From assembly GCA_045658925.1 (NCBI GenBank), contig JAZOVV010000072.1, positions 17,280-81,279 of the forward strand: DNA of 64,000 bases, written 5' to 3'. Position numbers and translations under genes: made by a program. The stretch comes from Eubacteriales bacterium. Its GTDB lineage: Bacteria; Bacillota; Clostridia; Oscillospirales; CAG-272. Shown here piece by piece: positions 16,638 to 25,932 of this stretch. The stretch's first letter is position 1. Every line of letters starts with the position of its first letter. The notes below the pieces were generated by a model. The model searched no databases and was not told the origin of the DNA. It saw nothing but the letters and a program-made list of their open reading frames with translations.

Positions 16638-18335
16638 TCAGCGGTAAAAGCTATTGCCGCCAATGAACTCGCGCACGATGCTGGTGGGTGGAATTTCGTC
16701 GTCGACGTCTGCCTCGTAAACGTAGTTGAGAATTTTAACCATTGCACGCACTTGGTCGTAGCAATCATCCTCGGGGCCAATGGCTTCGAGAAGTGGGAAA
16801 ATGTGGCGCTTGAGCACTGCCAATTCGTAGAGCGTGGAGCTATTAAAGATGACGTCGGCATTCTCTTGGAAGGGAAAAATCCAACGCTCCTCGCCGCGGC
16901 GAACCGAATCCCACATCGAAAGCGTTTGCTGAACAGATGCGCCTCTTGTCTCATAGTCGCGCACTGTACGTCGCAACAGGCGCAAGTATCTGCTGGCGAT
17001 GCGGTTGTGGTCATCGAGGTTGAGGGGCAGCAAGGGGCTGACGTACATTTTGAACACCTTGCTCACGTCCAACTCCTTGGGGAGCAGAACGGGATTGAGC
17101 GCGTGCAAGCCCTCAACAATGATAACCGTATCATTGCACAAACGCATACGGTGTCCTTGCCATTCACGCTTGCTCGTTTTGAAATTGAACGTGGGAATCT
17201 CCACCTCTTCTCCTGCGAGAAGCTTGCCGAGGTGAATGGCAAAGAGCTCGGTATCAATGGTATTGATGTGTTCAAGGTCAATGCTTCCGTCGGGTTCAAG
17301 CGGAATTTGGTCGCGGTCGAGGTAGTAGTCGTCAAGGCTCATTAAAATCGGCTTTTTGCCGTGCACGCGCAGCTGTGTAGCAAGGCGGTTGGCGGACGTG
17401 GTCTTGCCCGAGGAGCTCGGGCCCGAAAGCAGAACCGCTTTCGCACCTCTTTCGCAAATCATATCGGCAATTTGCGAAAAACGCTTTTCGTGCAACGCCT
17501 CGTTAACGCGAATAAGCTCGCGCACCTGACCGGACTCGACAAGCTCGTTGAGGTCGGCAACCGTTTCACAGCCCATAAGCTCTCCCCATCGCTTGCCCTC
17601 GGTGTAAACCGCAAAGAAGTTGGGCATCTCACGATAGTGCGACACTTGGTCGGGATTGTTTGCATCGGGGAAAACAAAGATAAATCCCTCGGGTGCGGGC
17701 AAAATCTCCCAAGAACGCAAAAAGCCCGTGGAGGGTGCCATTTCCCCATAGAAATAGTCGGCAAACAGACCGCTCTCGTAAACGTCAAGCGTCTTCTTTT
17801 TGCGGTATTTGAGCAAACGTGCCTTATCATCCTGACCGATGCTTACATAGTAATTGATGGCATCGGCGGTGGATACTCTGCGGCGACAGAGAGGAATGTT
17901 CTCGGCAACGATGCGCTCGACCTCTGCTTTCATCGCCTCTGCCGAAAAGTCCTCGGCTCCGCTGACTTTAATGTAAACGCCCGCATTAACGGTACAGTTC
18001 ATTTTGGCACGCGCATTCGGCCAACGGCGGCGCAGAGCCAAAAAGAGAATAAACTGCGCGGTGCGGCGGTAAGTGTCGCGGCCGATGGGGTCACTGTATC
18101 GAAGCAAGCGAACACTGCCCTCGGATGCCGCCATTGCCTTGCGAATAGTCTCACGTTCGACAACGTCCTTATGTCGCACGGGGATATAGTTCAAAGTAAA
18201 TACGCGGCCTGCGATTTTAGCCGCTAAAGGGTCGCCCGAAAGCGTACCCGTCATAAGCCCCATCTCGGTGACAATATCCAAAAGCGATTGCCCCGGTGCT
18301 GCTGTGGTTTCCATTCCATCTATCAATAATTTCAT
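16638..18335 (-). CDS. uridine kinase/phosphoribulokinase-family P-loop kinase, long form with N-terminal ThrRS/TGS-like region
   Basis: 565 aa. Walker A is LLSGPSSSGKTTSANRL in the middle of the protein, with a ~280-aa N-terminal extension. Confidence 0.6.
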   Translation of the reverse strand: MKLLIDGMETTAAPGQSLLDIVTEMGLMTGTLSGDPLAAKIAGRVFTLNYIPVRHKDVVERETIRKAMAASEGSVRLLRYSDPIGRDTYRRTAQFILFLALRRRWPNARAKMNCTVNAGVYIKVSGAEDFSAEAMKAEVERIVAENIPLCRRRVSTADAINYYVSIGQDDKARLLKYRKKKTLDVYESGLFADYFYGEMAPSTGFLRSWEILPAPEGFIFVFPDANNPDQVSHYREMPNFFAVYTEGKRWGELMGCETVADLNELVESGQVRELIRVNEALHEKRFSQIADMICERGAKAVLLSGPSSSGKTTSANRLATQLRVHGKKPILMSLDDYYLDRDQIPLEPDGSIDLEHINTIDTELFAIHLGKLLAGEEVEIPTFNFKTSKREWQGHRMRLCNDTVIIVEGLHALNPVLLPKELDVSKVFKMYVSPLLPLNLDDHNRIASRYLRLLRRTVRDYETRGASVQQTLSMWDSVRRGEERWIFPFQENADVIFNSSTLYELAVLKRHIFPLLEAIGPEDDCYDQVRAMVKILNYVYEADVDDEIPPTSIVREFIGGNSFYR

Positions 18336-18359
18336 TTTTATCTCCTATCTGTTGGTGCA

Positions 18360-18860
18360 TCAAATCTGTTTGGCAAGCAGCTCGGCAACTTGTGCTTGCA
18401 TCACCGCGGTGCGGTGTGTGGGTGTCAAATACAAAATGTTAGCGTCGTTCTCTTCGCCCCCGCTTGTGACAATCGAAAAGCCAACGGCGCGCGCTCCTAC
18501 ATACAGAATATGTATTTTTCCCTCTTTGATTGCCTCTAAATCGAGGTCGGGGCTGTATTTTTGAACATCCCTTTTCCAAATGGTTAAAAGGTGATTGGCG
18601 GTGGGGGTGTTCGCCTCGACAGGAATGAGCGTAACCGCTTCCCTTTTTTTGAGTTGTCTTGCCGTTTGCACAAAGTTGATACTGATAAGGCAGGCATTAA
18701 GTACAACGATTGGCCATGTGTTTACGCAAATGGCATAAATGAGACTGATAAAACCGCCGCACATATTGATGATGCGCAGCTTAATAACGGAGGTCATCAT
18801 CATAGAAACAATGACGAGAGCCGTGCCGATATAGCCGAAAATTTCAAGATAAATGTTCAT
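18360..18860 (-). CDS. small membrane protein (3 TM, YgjV-like N-terminus) with a C-terminal soluble domain
   Basis: Trimmed to the ATG at 18860 (CAGGAGAAC RBS). The terminator at 18881-18926 excludes the longer form. Confidence 0.5.
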   Translation of the reverse strand: MNIYLEIFGYIGTALVIVSMMMTSVIKLRIINMCGGFISLIYAICVNTWPIVVLNACLISINFVQTARQLKKREAVTLIPVEANTPTANHLLTIWKRDVQKYSPDLDLEAIKEGKIHILYVGARAVGFSIVTSGGEENDANILYLTPTHRTAVMQAQVAELLAKQI

Positions 18861-18880
18861 TTTAGGGGTTCTCCTGTATA

Positions 18881-18926
18881 AAAAAATATGGTTGACCACG
18901 GGAATTTTCATCCGGTAGTCAACCAT
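18881..18926 (-). terminator. intrinsic terminator after the esterase gene
   Basis: Stem ATGGTTGAC/GTCAACCAT, then ATTTTTTTAT on the minus strand. Confidence 0.65.
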
Positions 18927-19040
18927 TATCGGTGGTTTGTAGAAACACTTGCCCATATTGCAAGAATATACCTCATAAAGCAATGCCTTCCGCTTTGCAT
19001 AAATAGTATACCATATTTTTGAGCAAATGTCAAGTGTTTT

Positions 19041-20066
19041 TTATTTTGCGTGGTGCTCGTTGTAAGCTCTGATAACGTATTCGCCAAATATATGACCGAG
19101 CTTGAGGGTGCTCATTGCACCGTAGTGTGCAAGGTCGGGGGATTCTTCGGGTTCAACGCCCCACTCGAGTCCTGCATCGATGGTGGAGAAATAATAATTC
19201 AAGTGGGAATCTGCCGCCATTTGCACCTTGGCGTTATTGATTCTGTCATATTCGGGCCAGCAGGGGCTATTCGAAATACCGGCATCAATAAAGCAAATAC
19301 CGCCTTCCTCGGCGTACTTGGCAAAGTCCTTTCTTATATAAGAGACGAAATTGCTTTGTGCCTCGTAATAGCGTTCCTTGGCGATATCAAAAAAGGAATC
19401 CGACTCTCCCTGCATCCAGCAAACGGCACCAAGACGAGCATCGTAACCTTGATTTTGCAAGGACTTCATATACGTATTCACAAATTCGCGCATTGCCTTA
19501 TAGATTGCACCGCGACCGCCGTGTGCCAACCATTGATAGTACAAGGATGTTCCTGAATAGGTGTATTTGAGAATAATGACCTTTTCATCTCCCCATTCCT
19601 CACTGAATCTTTCTGCCATTCCGACCTCGGGGCCAAAAACATCATTCCAAACACTGCAGCCAAGGTCAACATCAACAAATTCGCCACCCGAACAATTTGT
19701 GTGGTTATCCACACAGTAATTGATGAGTACCGAGTCAAACCCGTTCTCGTATTTGGCAAACTGTTCGGGGGTGGTGTTCTGCTGCAAATATTTGATACGA
19801 CCAATACCCGTGGCATTGCTCTGCCCCACAAGCAGAATAACCTTAACACGCTCACCGTTGCCCTCGGGAAGGTTCTTTGGAGTGGAGAAATCGGTGTGCA
19901 TCTTCATTTTGTCCGGCTTGCCCGGCCAATGAGCGTTGCGTCGCCAGATGTATCCGCCAATGCCGGCACCCACAATGGCAAGTACCAGCACTGCACAAAG
20001 GGCAATTTTGAGTGCCAATTTCAGTTTGGGGTTCTTTATTTCAATTTTTTTGAAGCTTATTTTCAT
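19041..20066 (-). CDS. membrane-anchored SGNH/sialate O-acetylesterase-like carbohydrate esterase
   Basis: 341 aa. N-terminal TM. GQSNATG catalytic-Ser motif typical of the SASA/DUF303 family. Confidence 0.6.
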   Translation of the reverse strand: MKISFKKIEIKNPKLKLALKIALCAVLVLAIVGAGIGGYIWRRNAHWPGKPDKMKMHTDFSTPKNLPEGNGERVKVILLVGQSNATGIGRIKYLQQNTTPEQFAKYENGFDSVLINYCVDNHTNCSGGEFVDVDLGCSVWNDVFGPEVGMAERFSEEWGDEKVIILKYTYSGTSLYYQWLAHGGRGAIYKAMREFVNTYMKSLQNQGYDARLGAVCWMQGESDSFFDIAKERYYEAQSNFVSYIRKDFAKYAEEGGICFIDAGISNSPCWPEYDRINNAKVQMAADSHLNYYFSTIDAGLEWGVEPEESPDLAHYGAMSTLKLGHIFGEYVIRAYNEHHAK

Positions 20067-20101
20067 TTTGTTTTCCTTTCATGATCGCTGTGGGAAAGGC
20101 A

Positions 20102-20130
20102 CGGAGGCTGTCGCTAGGCGACAGCCTCCG
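20102..20130. other. 13-bp perfect hairpin without a T-run (after the permease gene)
   Basis: CGGAGGCTGTCGC-TAG-GCGACAGCCTCCG. Confidence 0.4.
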
Positions 20131-20154
20131 CTGTACTGAATAAAACCGTCTTAA

Positions 20155-21636
20155 TTAAAGAGCTACGGGAACAAAGAAGTATACGCAGAACAGAGCTGTT
20201 ACGATAAGAGCAACAACGGATACATTCCATACGGGCTTTTCCTTCTTGTCGATAGCATACTTAATAACGCCGATGAGGTATGCGATAGCAGACATAACGG
20301 TGTAGGTTACCATACCGATACCGATACCCTTGGTGATGGAGTAAGAAAGCAGCATTACAACGATGGTCAGGAATGCAGATGTTGCACTGATAGCATCGTT
20401 CATATCAACGCTCTTCATGTTGTTCTTCATCATCAAAACGCCAACGTAAATGAGCGCTGCTGCAGTTGCCGCACCGGGAATAACTGCGAATGCGGGCATT
20501 GCAAACATTGCCAAGAAGAACATAATAGCAGTGGTGAAAGAGGTCAAACCGGTTCTGCCGCCTGCGGATACACCTGCACCGGACTCAACAAAGGTGGTAA
20601 CGGTAGAGGTACCGAGCATTGCACCTGCACAGGTTGCTACTGCGTCGGAAATCATGATCTTGTCATAGTTGTGAGGCTTGTTGTTCTCATCGGAGAGAAT
20701 TCTGTTACCGCCGCAGCAACCAACAATGGTGCCCATGGTATCAAACATATCGATCATGCACATGGTGATGATAACCATAATAACGGTGAATATGCTACCG
20801 CCTTCGGGAACGAGACCTTCCTTGAATACGTCAACAAAGGAAAGGAATACAGAGTTTTCACCTGCAAAGAAGTTGGAGAAGTTCTCCCAGAACTTCCAAG
20901 AAATGCCGCTCTCGCCTGCAAGAACGGTCAGGTCGGTAACGCCAAAGGGAATACCGATCAGGGTTGCGCCAAGGATACCGAGAATAACGGAACCCTTAAC
21001 GTTGAGCTTATCGAGGATAGCAATGAGGAACAAGCCGATGAATGCAACGATTGCGGGCTTGCAAGCCTCAAGGTTTGTAAAGTTAACGAGGCCAACCTGT
21101 ACGTAAGGGTCAGCTACGATTATACCTGCATTTTGGAAACCAATGTAAGCGATGAACAAACCAATACCAATGGAAATGGAGCTTCTAACTGCAACGGGCA
21201 TACCGTCGAATACAAGCTCACGGAAGGATTTGCCGTTGATTTTAATAAGAGTAAGAGCAAGGAACAGAACGCCGGAGATCAGAACCATCATGAAAGCTTG
21301 GCCAAGAGTAAATCTTACGCCGTAGGTATCAGCTGCCCAAAGAGCAACGAGACCGCCGAGCAAAGAGTTCAAACCCATACCCGAAGCTTGCGCCAGAGGC
21401 ATCTTTGCCAAGAATGCCATCAGGAGCGTACCAATGATAGCGCCAAGAGCGGTTGCGATGAATACAGAGGGCCAATATGCGCCCATATCGGGGCTTACAA
21501 GGATTTGCGCGGGGTTAACTGTGAGGATGTACGCCATTGCAAGGAACGTAACAATACCTGCGATGATTTCGGTTTTGATGCTTGTTTGCTTTGCCACAGG
21601 GTCAAAACCAAGTGCCTTGAAAAACTTGTCTTTCAT
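20155..21636 (-). CDS. NCS2/AzgA-family purine (adenine/guanine/hypoxanthine) permease
   Basis: Trimmed to the ATG at 21636 (GAAGGAGG RBS). N-terminus is ...TSIKTEIIAGIVTFLAMAYILTVNPAQIL. Confidence 0.85.
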   Translation of the reverse strand: MKDKFFKALGFDPVAKQTSIKTEIIAGIVTFLAMAYILTVNPAQILVSPDMGAYWPSVFIATALGAIIGTLLMAFLAKMPLAQASGMGLNSLLGGLVALWAADTYGVRFTLGQAFMMVLISGVLFLALTLIKINGKSFRELVFDGMPVAVRSSISIGIGLFIAYIGFQNAGIIVADPYVQVGLVNFTNLEACKPAIVAFIGLFLIAILDKLNVKGSVILGILGATLIGIPFGVTDLTVLAGESGISWKFWENFSNFFAGENSVFLSFVDVFKEGLVPEGGSIFTVIMVIITMCMIDMFDTMGTIVGCCGGNRILSDENNKPHNYDKIMISDAVATCAGAMLGTSTVTTFVESGAGVSAGGRTGLTSFTTAIMFFLAMFAMPAFAVIPGAATAAALIYVGVLMMKNNMKSVDMNDAISATSAFLTIVVMLLSYSITKGIGIGMVTYTVMSAIAYLIGVIKYAIDKKEKPVWNVSVVALIVTALFCVYFFVPVAL

Positions 21637-21828
21637 TTTTTTCCTCCTTCTATATTCTGCTTTCTGCAGAATATACCCTATTTTATCACACAATTCTACT
21701 AATTGCAACCCTTTTTCATACAAAAAACACATTTTATCAACTTTGCGCAAAGTGATTTCTCTTCTTTGGGCAATTTCGGGGAAATCGAACCTCTTTTTTT
21801 ATAAAATAAAAAAATATCTCAAAAAGTC

Positions 21829-21857
21829 TTGCTTTATTCAAAAAACTTTGCTATACT
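21829..21857 (+). promoter_or_regulatory. putative nagA promoter
   Basis: TTGCTT, 17 nt spacer, TATACT. A small ATACT-TAT-AGTAT palindrome overlaps the -10. Confidence 0.5.
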
Positions 21858-21890
21858 TATAGTATGAAAAATCCAAGGAGGATCCTACAT

Positions 21891-23042
21891 ATGGCATTGA
21901 CATATATTATTGGCGGTAAGATTGTTCTGCCCGAGGCCGTTATCGAAGGAAAAGCTCTCGCTTTCTCCCAAGAAACCGGCAAAATTGAGGGCGTGGTCGA
22001 TACCGTCCCCGCAGGTGCTAAAACCATTGACGCGTGCGGCAACTACGTAGCCCCCGGTCTTGTAGATATCCACATTCACGGATACCTCGGTGAGGACACC
22101 TGCGATGCAAAACCCGAAGGCATTAAAAAGATGGCTTACGGCGTAGCACAAAACGGCGTTACCTCTTTCCTTCCCACCACTATGACCGTGGCAAAGAATG
22201 AGATCATCGATGCGCTCAACGCTGTTCGTTCCGTCAAGGAAGAGAGCAAAACTTGGGACGGTGCCGAAATCATCGGTGTTCACGCCGAAGGCCCGTTCAT
22301 CAACCCTTCCAAAAAAGGTGCTCAGGCTGAAGAGAATATTCTCGTGCCCGATGCTGACTTCATTTTGGAAAATGCAGATATCATTACGTCTGTAACCCTC
22401 GCTCCCGAAATGGACCCCGGTCACAAGTGCATTAAGTGCTTGGCGGCAAAATCCAAGGTTCTCGTTTCGATGGGTCACACCGATGCAAAGTTTGAAGAGG
22501 CTATGAGCGCGGCTCGCGACGGCGTGAACCACGCAACCCACCTCTTTAACGCAATGTCTGCCCTCGCACACCGCAATCCCGGTGTTGTTGGCGCGGCTCT
22601 CGCTTCCGAGAACGTGTCCGTTGAGGTCATTGCAGATACCTTCCACATCAATCCCGGTCTGTATTCCATCATCGCCAAGGTAAAGGGCGACAAGATGGTT
22701 CTCATCACCGACTGCACCCGCGCCGGCGGTATGCCCGACGGTGAATACGACCTGGGTGGACAACCTATCTTCCTGAAGGGTATTGAATGCCGTCTTGCCG
22801 ACGGTACCATTGCAGGCAGCGTTCTCAAGCTCAACCACGCAGTCAGAAACGTGCTCGCAAACACCAACCTGCCCGTAAACGAAGTGTTTAAGATGGCATC
22901 TCTCAACCCCGCCACCTCGATTCACGTTGCCGACCGCATCGGCTCGCTCGAGGCAGGCAAGGATGCCGACATCATTATTACAGATACAGATATCAACGTT
23001 AAGAGAACCATAAAGAAAGGAAGAACCATTTATGAAGCTTAA
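21891..23042 (+). CDS. nagA: N-acetylglucosamine-6-phosphate deacetylase
   Basis: Trimmed to the ATG at 21891 (AAGGAGGA RBS). DIHIHG metal motif and conserved NagA body. Confidence 0.9.
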   Translation: MALTYIIGGKIVLPEAVIEGKALAFSQETGKIEGVVDTVPAGAKTIDACGNYVAPGLVDIHIHGYLGEDTCDAKPEGIKKMAYGVAQNGVTSFLPTTMTVAKNEIIDALNAVRSVKEESKTWDGAEIIGVHAEGPFINPSKKGAQAEENILVPDADFILENADIITSVTLAPEMDPGHKCIKCLAAKSKVLVSMGHTDAKFEEAMSAARDGVNHATHLFNAMSALAHRNPGVVGAALASENVSVEVIADTFHINPGLYSIIAKVKGDKMVLITDCTRAGGMPDGEYDLGGQPIFLKGIECRLADGTIAGSVLKLNHAVRNVLANTNLPVNEVFKMASLNPATSIHVADRIGSLEAGKDADIIITDTDINVKRTIKKGRTIYEA

Positions 23043-24417
23043 AATGAATGCTCCGCTCGACCCCGGCTTTATGCCCATGGCTGTCGTATATCGCGAATTT
23101 GAAGCAGCAGTTGCCAAAGAGGGCGGTCAAAAATTGACCATCGGTCTTGAAAGAAATGACGGACTGACCTCTGTTTACACCGTTGACGTATTCCAAGACG
23201 GCACCGGTCACGACGAAGAAAACCACGAGTTTGTTGAACGTCTTGTAAAGACTCTGCTCTGGACTCGCGGCGGTTATAAAATCATCATTGCCGGCTCCAA
23301 GGTTATTGCAGACCGCATCAAGGCTGACTATTCCGTAGGCGGCTACCGCGATTTTGACCGCGACTTTATGTCCGGCGTTTACGAAGCTCCTTTTGAGGTT
23401 ATCCACGTTCCTTTCGAACAGGCTCCCGTTAACAAGGAATCCGCAGCTCCCGTAGGTCGCCACCTCGATGGCTGCCGCATCGGCTTTGACGCAGGCGGAA
23501 GTGACCGTAAGGTTTCCTCTGTTGTTGAGGGTGAAGCTACCTACTCCGAGGAAGTCGTATGGTTCCCCAAGCTCCAAAACGACCCCTCTTACCACTATGC
23601 AGGCATTATGGACGCAATGAAGACCGCTGCCTCCAAGATGCCTCGCGTTGACGCTATCGGTGTTTCTACCGCAGGCGTTGTTATCGGCAATCGCATTATG
23701 ACCTCTTCCCTCTTCCTCAAGGTAAAGAACGAGAACCCCGAGGCATTTGAAAAGGTTGTTAAGAACATTTACACCGACATTGCAAAAGAACTCGGCAACG
23801 TTCCGATTGAGGTTGCAAACGACGGTGACGTTACCGCACTTGCAGGCGCTATGGACTTGAACGACAACAACGTTCTCGGCGTTGCCATGGGTACCAGTGA
23901 AGCAGGCGGATACGTTGACGGCAACGGCAACATTACCGGTTGGCTCAACGAGCTCGCATTCGTTCCCGCAGACTACAACAAGAACGCAATGGTTGACGAG
24001 TGGTCGGGCGACTACGGTTGTGGCGTTAAATACTTCTCTCAAGATTCCGTTATCAAGCTCGCTCCCGCAGCAGGCATCGAGCTTGACGAGAACGCATCCC
24101 CCGCAGAAAAGCTCAAGGCAGTTCAAAAGCTGATGGCAGAGGGCGATGAGAGAGCCGCAAAGATTTACGAGACCATTGGCGTTTACTTCGGCTATGCCGT
24201 TGCTTATTACGCTCTGTTCTACGATATTAAGCACGTTCTCCTGATGGGCCGCGTATCCTCCGGCGAAGGCGGAAACATCCTCTTCCAAAACGCGCAAAAG
24301 GTTCTCGCACTCGAGTTCCCCGAACTGGCAGAAAAGATTACCATCCACCTGCCCGACGAAAGCAGCCGCCGTGTTGGTCAATCCATCGCAGCAGCAAGCC
24401 TGCCCAATATTGGTTAA
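23032..24417 (+). CDS. ROK-family sugar kinase-like protein with a ~145-aa N-terminal extension
   Basis: 461 aa. GFDAGGSDRKV (phosphate-1), ANDGDVTALAG. Overlaps nagA by 11 nt. Confidence 0.75.
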   Translation: MKLKMNAPLDPGFMPMAVVYREFEAAVAKEGGQKLTIGLERNDGLTSVYTVDVFQDGTGHDEENHEFVERLVKTLLWTRGGYKIIIAGSKVIADRIKADYSVGGYRDFDRDFMSGVYEAPFEVIHVPFEQAPVNKESAAPVGRHLDGCRIGFDAGGSDRKVSSVVEGEATYSEEVVWFPKLQNDPSYHYAGIMDAMKTAASKMPRVDAIGVSTAGVVIGNRIMTSSLFLKVKNENPEAFEKVVKNIYTDIAKELGNVPIEVANDGDVTALAGAMDLNDNNVLGVAMGTSEAGGYVDGNGNITGWLNELAFVPADYNKNAMVDEWSGDYGCGVKYFSQDSVIKLAPAAGIELDENASPAEKLKAVQKLMAEGDERAAKIYETIGVYFGYAVAYYALFYDIKHVLLMGRVSSGEGGNILFQNAQKVLALEFPELAEKITIHLPDESSRRVGQSIAAASLPNIG

Positions 24418-24431
24418 TTCAATTACATAGC

Positions 24432-24459
24432 AAAAAGGCACCCACGCGGGTGCCTTTTT
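24432..24459. terminator. bidirectional terminator (AAAAAGGCACCC-ACGC-GGGTGCCTTTTT)
   Basis: 12-bp stem with A/T runs on both sides, between convergent genes. Confidence 0.75.
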
Positions 24460-24482
24460 GTTATGAAACCGCAAGTCTACTT

Positions 24483-24806
24483 TCAAGCCCCCAAAAGCAT
24501 GGAAAGATACAAAATGAGGACGGAAAGCCCCATGGTGGTCAGAGGCAAAAGCTGCACGAGAAACGAGGTTCCATAGCGTTCTCTTTTGCGTTGTGCTACG
24601 GAGAGTACAATTCCCAAAATCGCAAAGATCGGTGTCAGCAGCATAATCACTGCCGAAAGCAAAAATACTACCTCTCCGACAGAATCGATATGAAAACGGT
24701 CCATTGCAACTATCAATAAAACACCGAATATCGCCCAGTAGATAGATACGGGTATATACAGAACCGACAGAAAAACATTGCTCACTAGGCACAAGAATTT
24801 TTTCAT
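24483..24806 (-). CDS. small 3-4 TM membrane protein, paralogue of 60288..60617
   Basis: 107 aa. RBS GAGAGGTG. Shares LTPIFxILGIVxS...RKxERY...FLVQxLP with the second copy. Confidence 0.6.
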   Translation of the reverse strand: MKKFLCLVSNVFLSVLYIPVSIYWAIFGVLLIVAMDRFHIDSVGEVVFLLSAVIMLLTPIFAILGIVLSVAQRKRERYGTSFLVQLLPLTTMGLSVLILYLSMLLGA

Positions 24807-25047
24807 TTTCCCACACCTCTCTTTCTTGGTATAGGGGTGTTCCCTTTTCCATTATAACATTCTTTTTTCCATTTTGCAATGGATTACACAAAAAATGTAT
24901 ATTTTGCACGTTTTGTTCTCCTCTTCCACAAAACCCAACCGTTTTTGACACAATACACGCGGCTTTTTTACGCCTTTAACAAAACGTTCACAAATTCTTC
25001 ACCCGCGTGTGTTACAATGAAAAAAATGCTATGAAAGGAACACAACT

Positions 25048-25929
25048 ATGAAGAGTAAATATAGAGGAAGATTAAAAATCCTCATTGCTTTTGGAATTCT
25101 GTTTTTCATCGTTTCGGTTTTGCTGATGCTCATCTTTTTGGAAAGCAAAAAGAGCTATACAGTAGAATTTGACCCAAACGGCGGTACCGTGCTTAGCGGT
25201 TCGCTTGTGCAACACGTTATGCAAGGTCAAGATGCCGTTCCCCCCTCGGTCGTAATGGACGGCGCCGTTCTGCGTGGTTGGAGCGCATCCTTCCGCCGCA
25301 TCACAAGAGACATTGTGATTGAAGCGGTTTGGGAATACGAAACCACAGCGGGTATTATTTACACCGAAAGCGAAAATCAAAACTTTACCGAGATTCAAGG
25401 CTCCTACCCGAACCTGCGCGGTGAAGTCTACTTGGATGCTTACTTCAACGAGAAGAAGGTGCTCGGCATTCTCGACCACGCCTTTGCCAACCAAACAGGC
25501 ATTACCCAAGTCCACCTTTTGGACGGTCTGCTCTCTATCGGCAACTCGGCATTTTCAAACTGTACCTCTTTGACCGAAATTGAAATTCCCAAAACCGTTG
25601 CGAGTGTAGGTGCAAACGCTTTTCAACGTTGCGCATCCCTTGAAGCGTTGATTTTAGAGGATGGTGTTTTGGAAATCGGCGAATCCGCTTTTTCGGGTTG
25701 CAAAGCATTGACCGAGGTCTTCATTCCCGAAAGCGTAACCACCATCGGCTCTCAAGCCTTTGCAGGGTGCACCAACTTGGTTATTAAAACCACTATCCCG
25801 AGAGAAGAATGGCCTGCGGGATGGGCAGACGGTTGGTTTGGCGACGCAACCGTTGAGGTTGTGGAAATAGAAGAAGAGGAAGATGAAAACGCAAAAGATA
25901 AGGACAAAGACAAGGACAGGAGGCGTTAA
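25048..25929 (+). CDS. membrane-anchored surface protein: InlB-B-type repeat + BspA-like leucine-rich repeats, acidic/KD-rich tail
   Basis: 293 aa. N-terminal TM. FDPNGGT...GW repeat. Three LRR units (IGNSAFSNCTSLTEIEIP / IGESAFSGCKALTEVFIP / IGSQAFAGCTNL). Confidence 0.7.
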   Translation: MKSKYRGRLKILIAFGILFFIVSVLLMLIFLESKKSYTVEFDPNGGTVLSGSLVQHVMQGQDAVPPSVVMDGAVLRGWSASFRRITRDIVIEAVWEYETTAGIIYTESENQNFTEIQGSYPNLRGEVYLDAYFNEKKVLGILDHAFANQTGITQVHLLDGLLSIGNSAFSNCTSLTEIEIPKTVASVGANAFQRCASLEALILEDGVLEIGESAFSGCKALTEVFIPESVTTIGSQAFAGCTNLVIKTTIPREEWPAGWADGWFGDATVEVVEIEEEEDENAKDKDKDKDRRR

Positions 25930-25932
25930 AAT

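Noticed and set aside
21637-21760. Purine riboswitch upstream of the NCS2 permease.
   Set aside because: The reverse-complement leader lacks the conserved UAUAAU…AUAUGG…GUUUCUACC…CCGUAAA…GACUA core. Only simple hairpins and palindromes are present.
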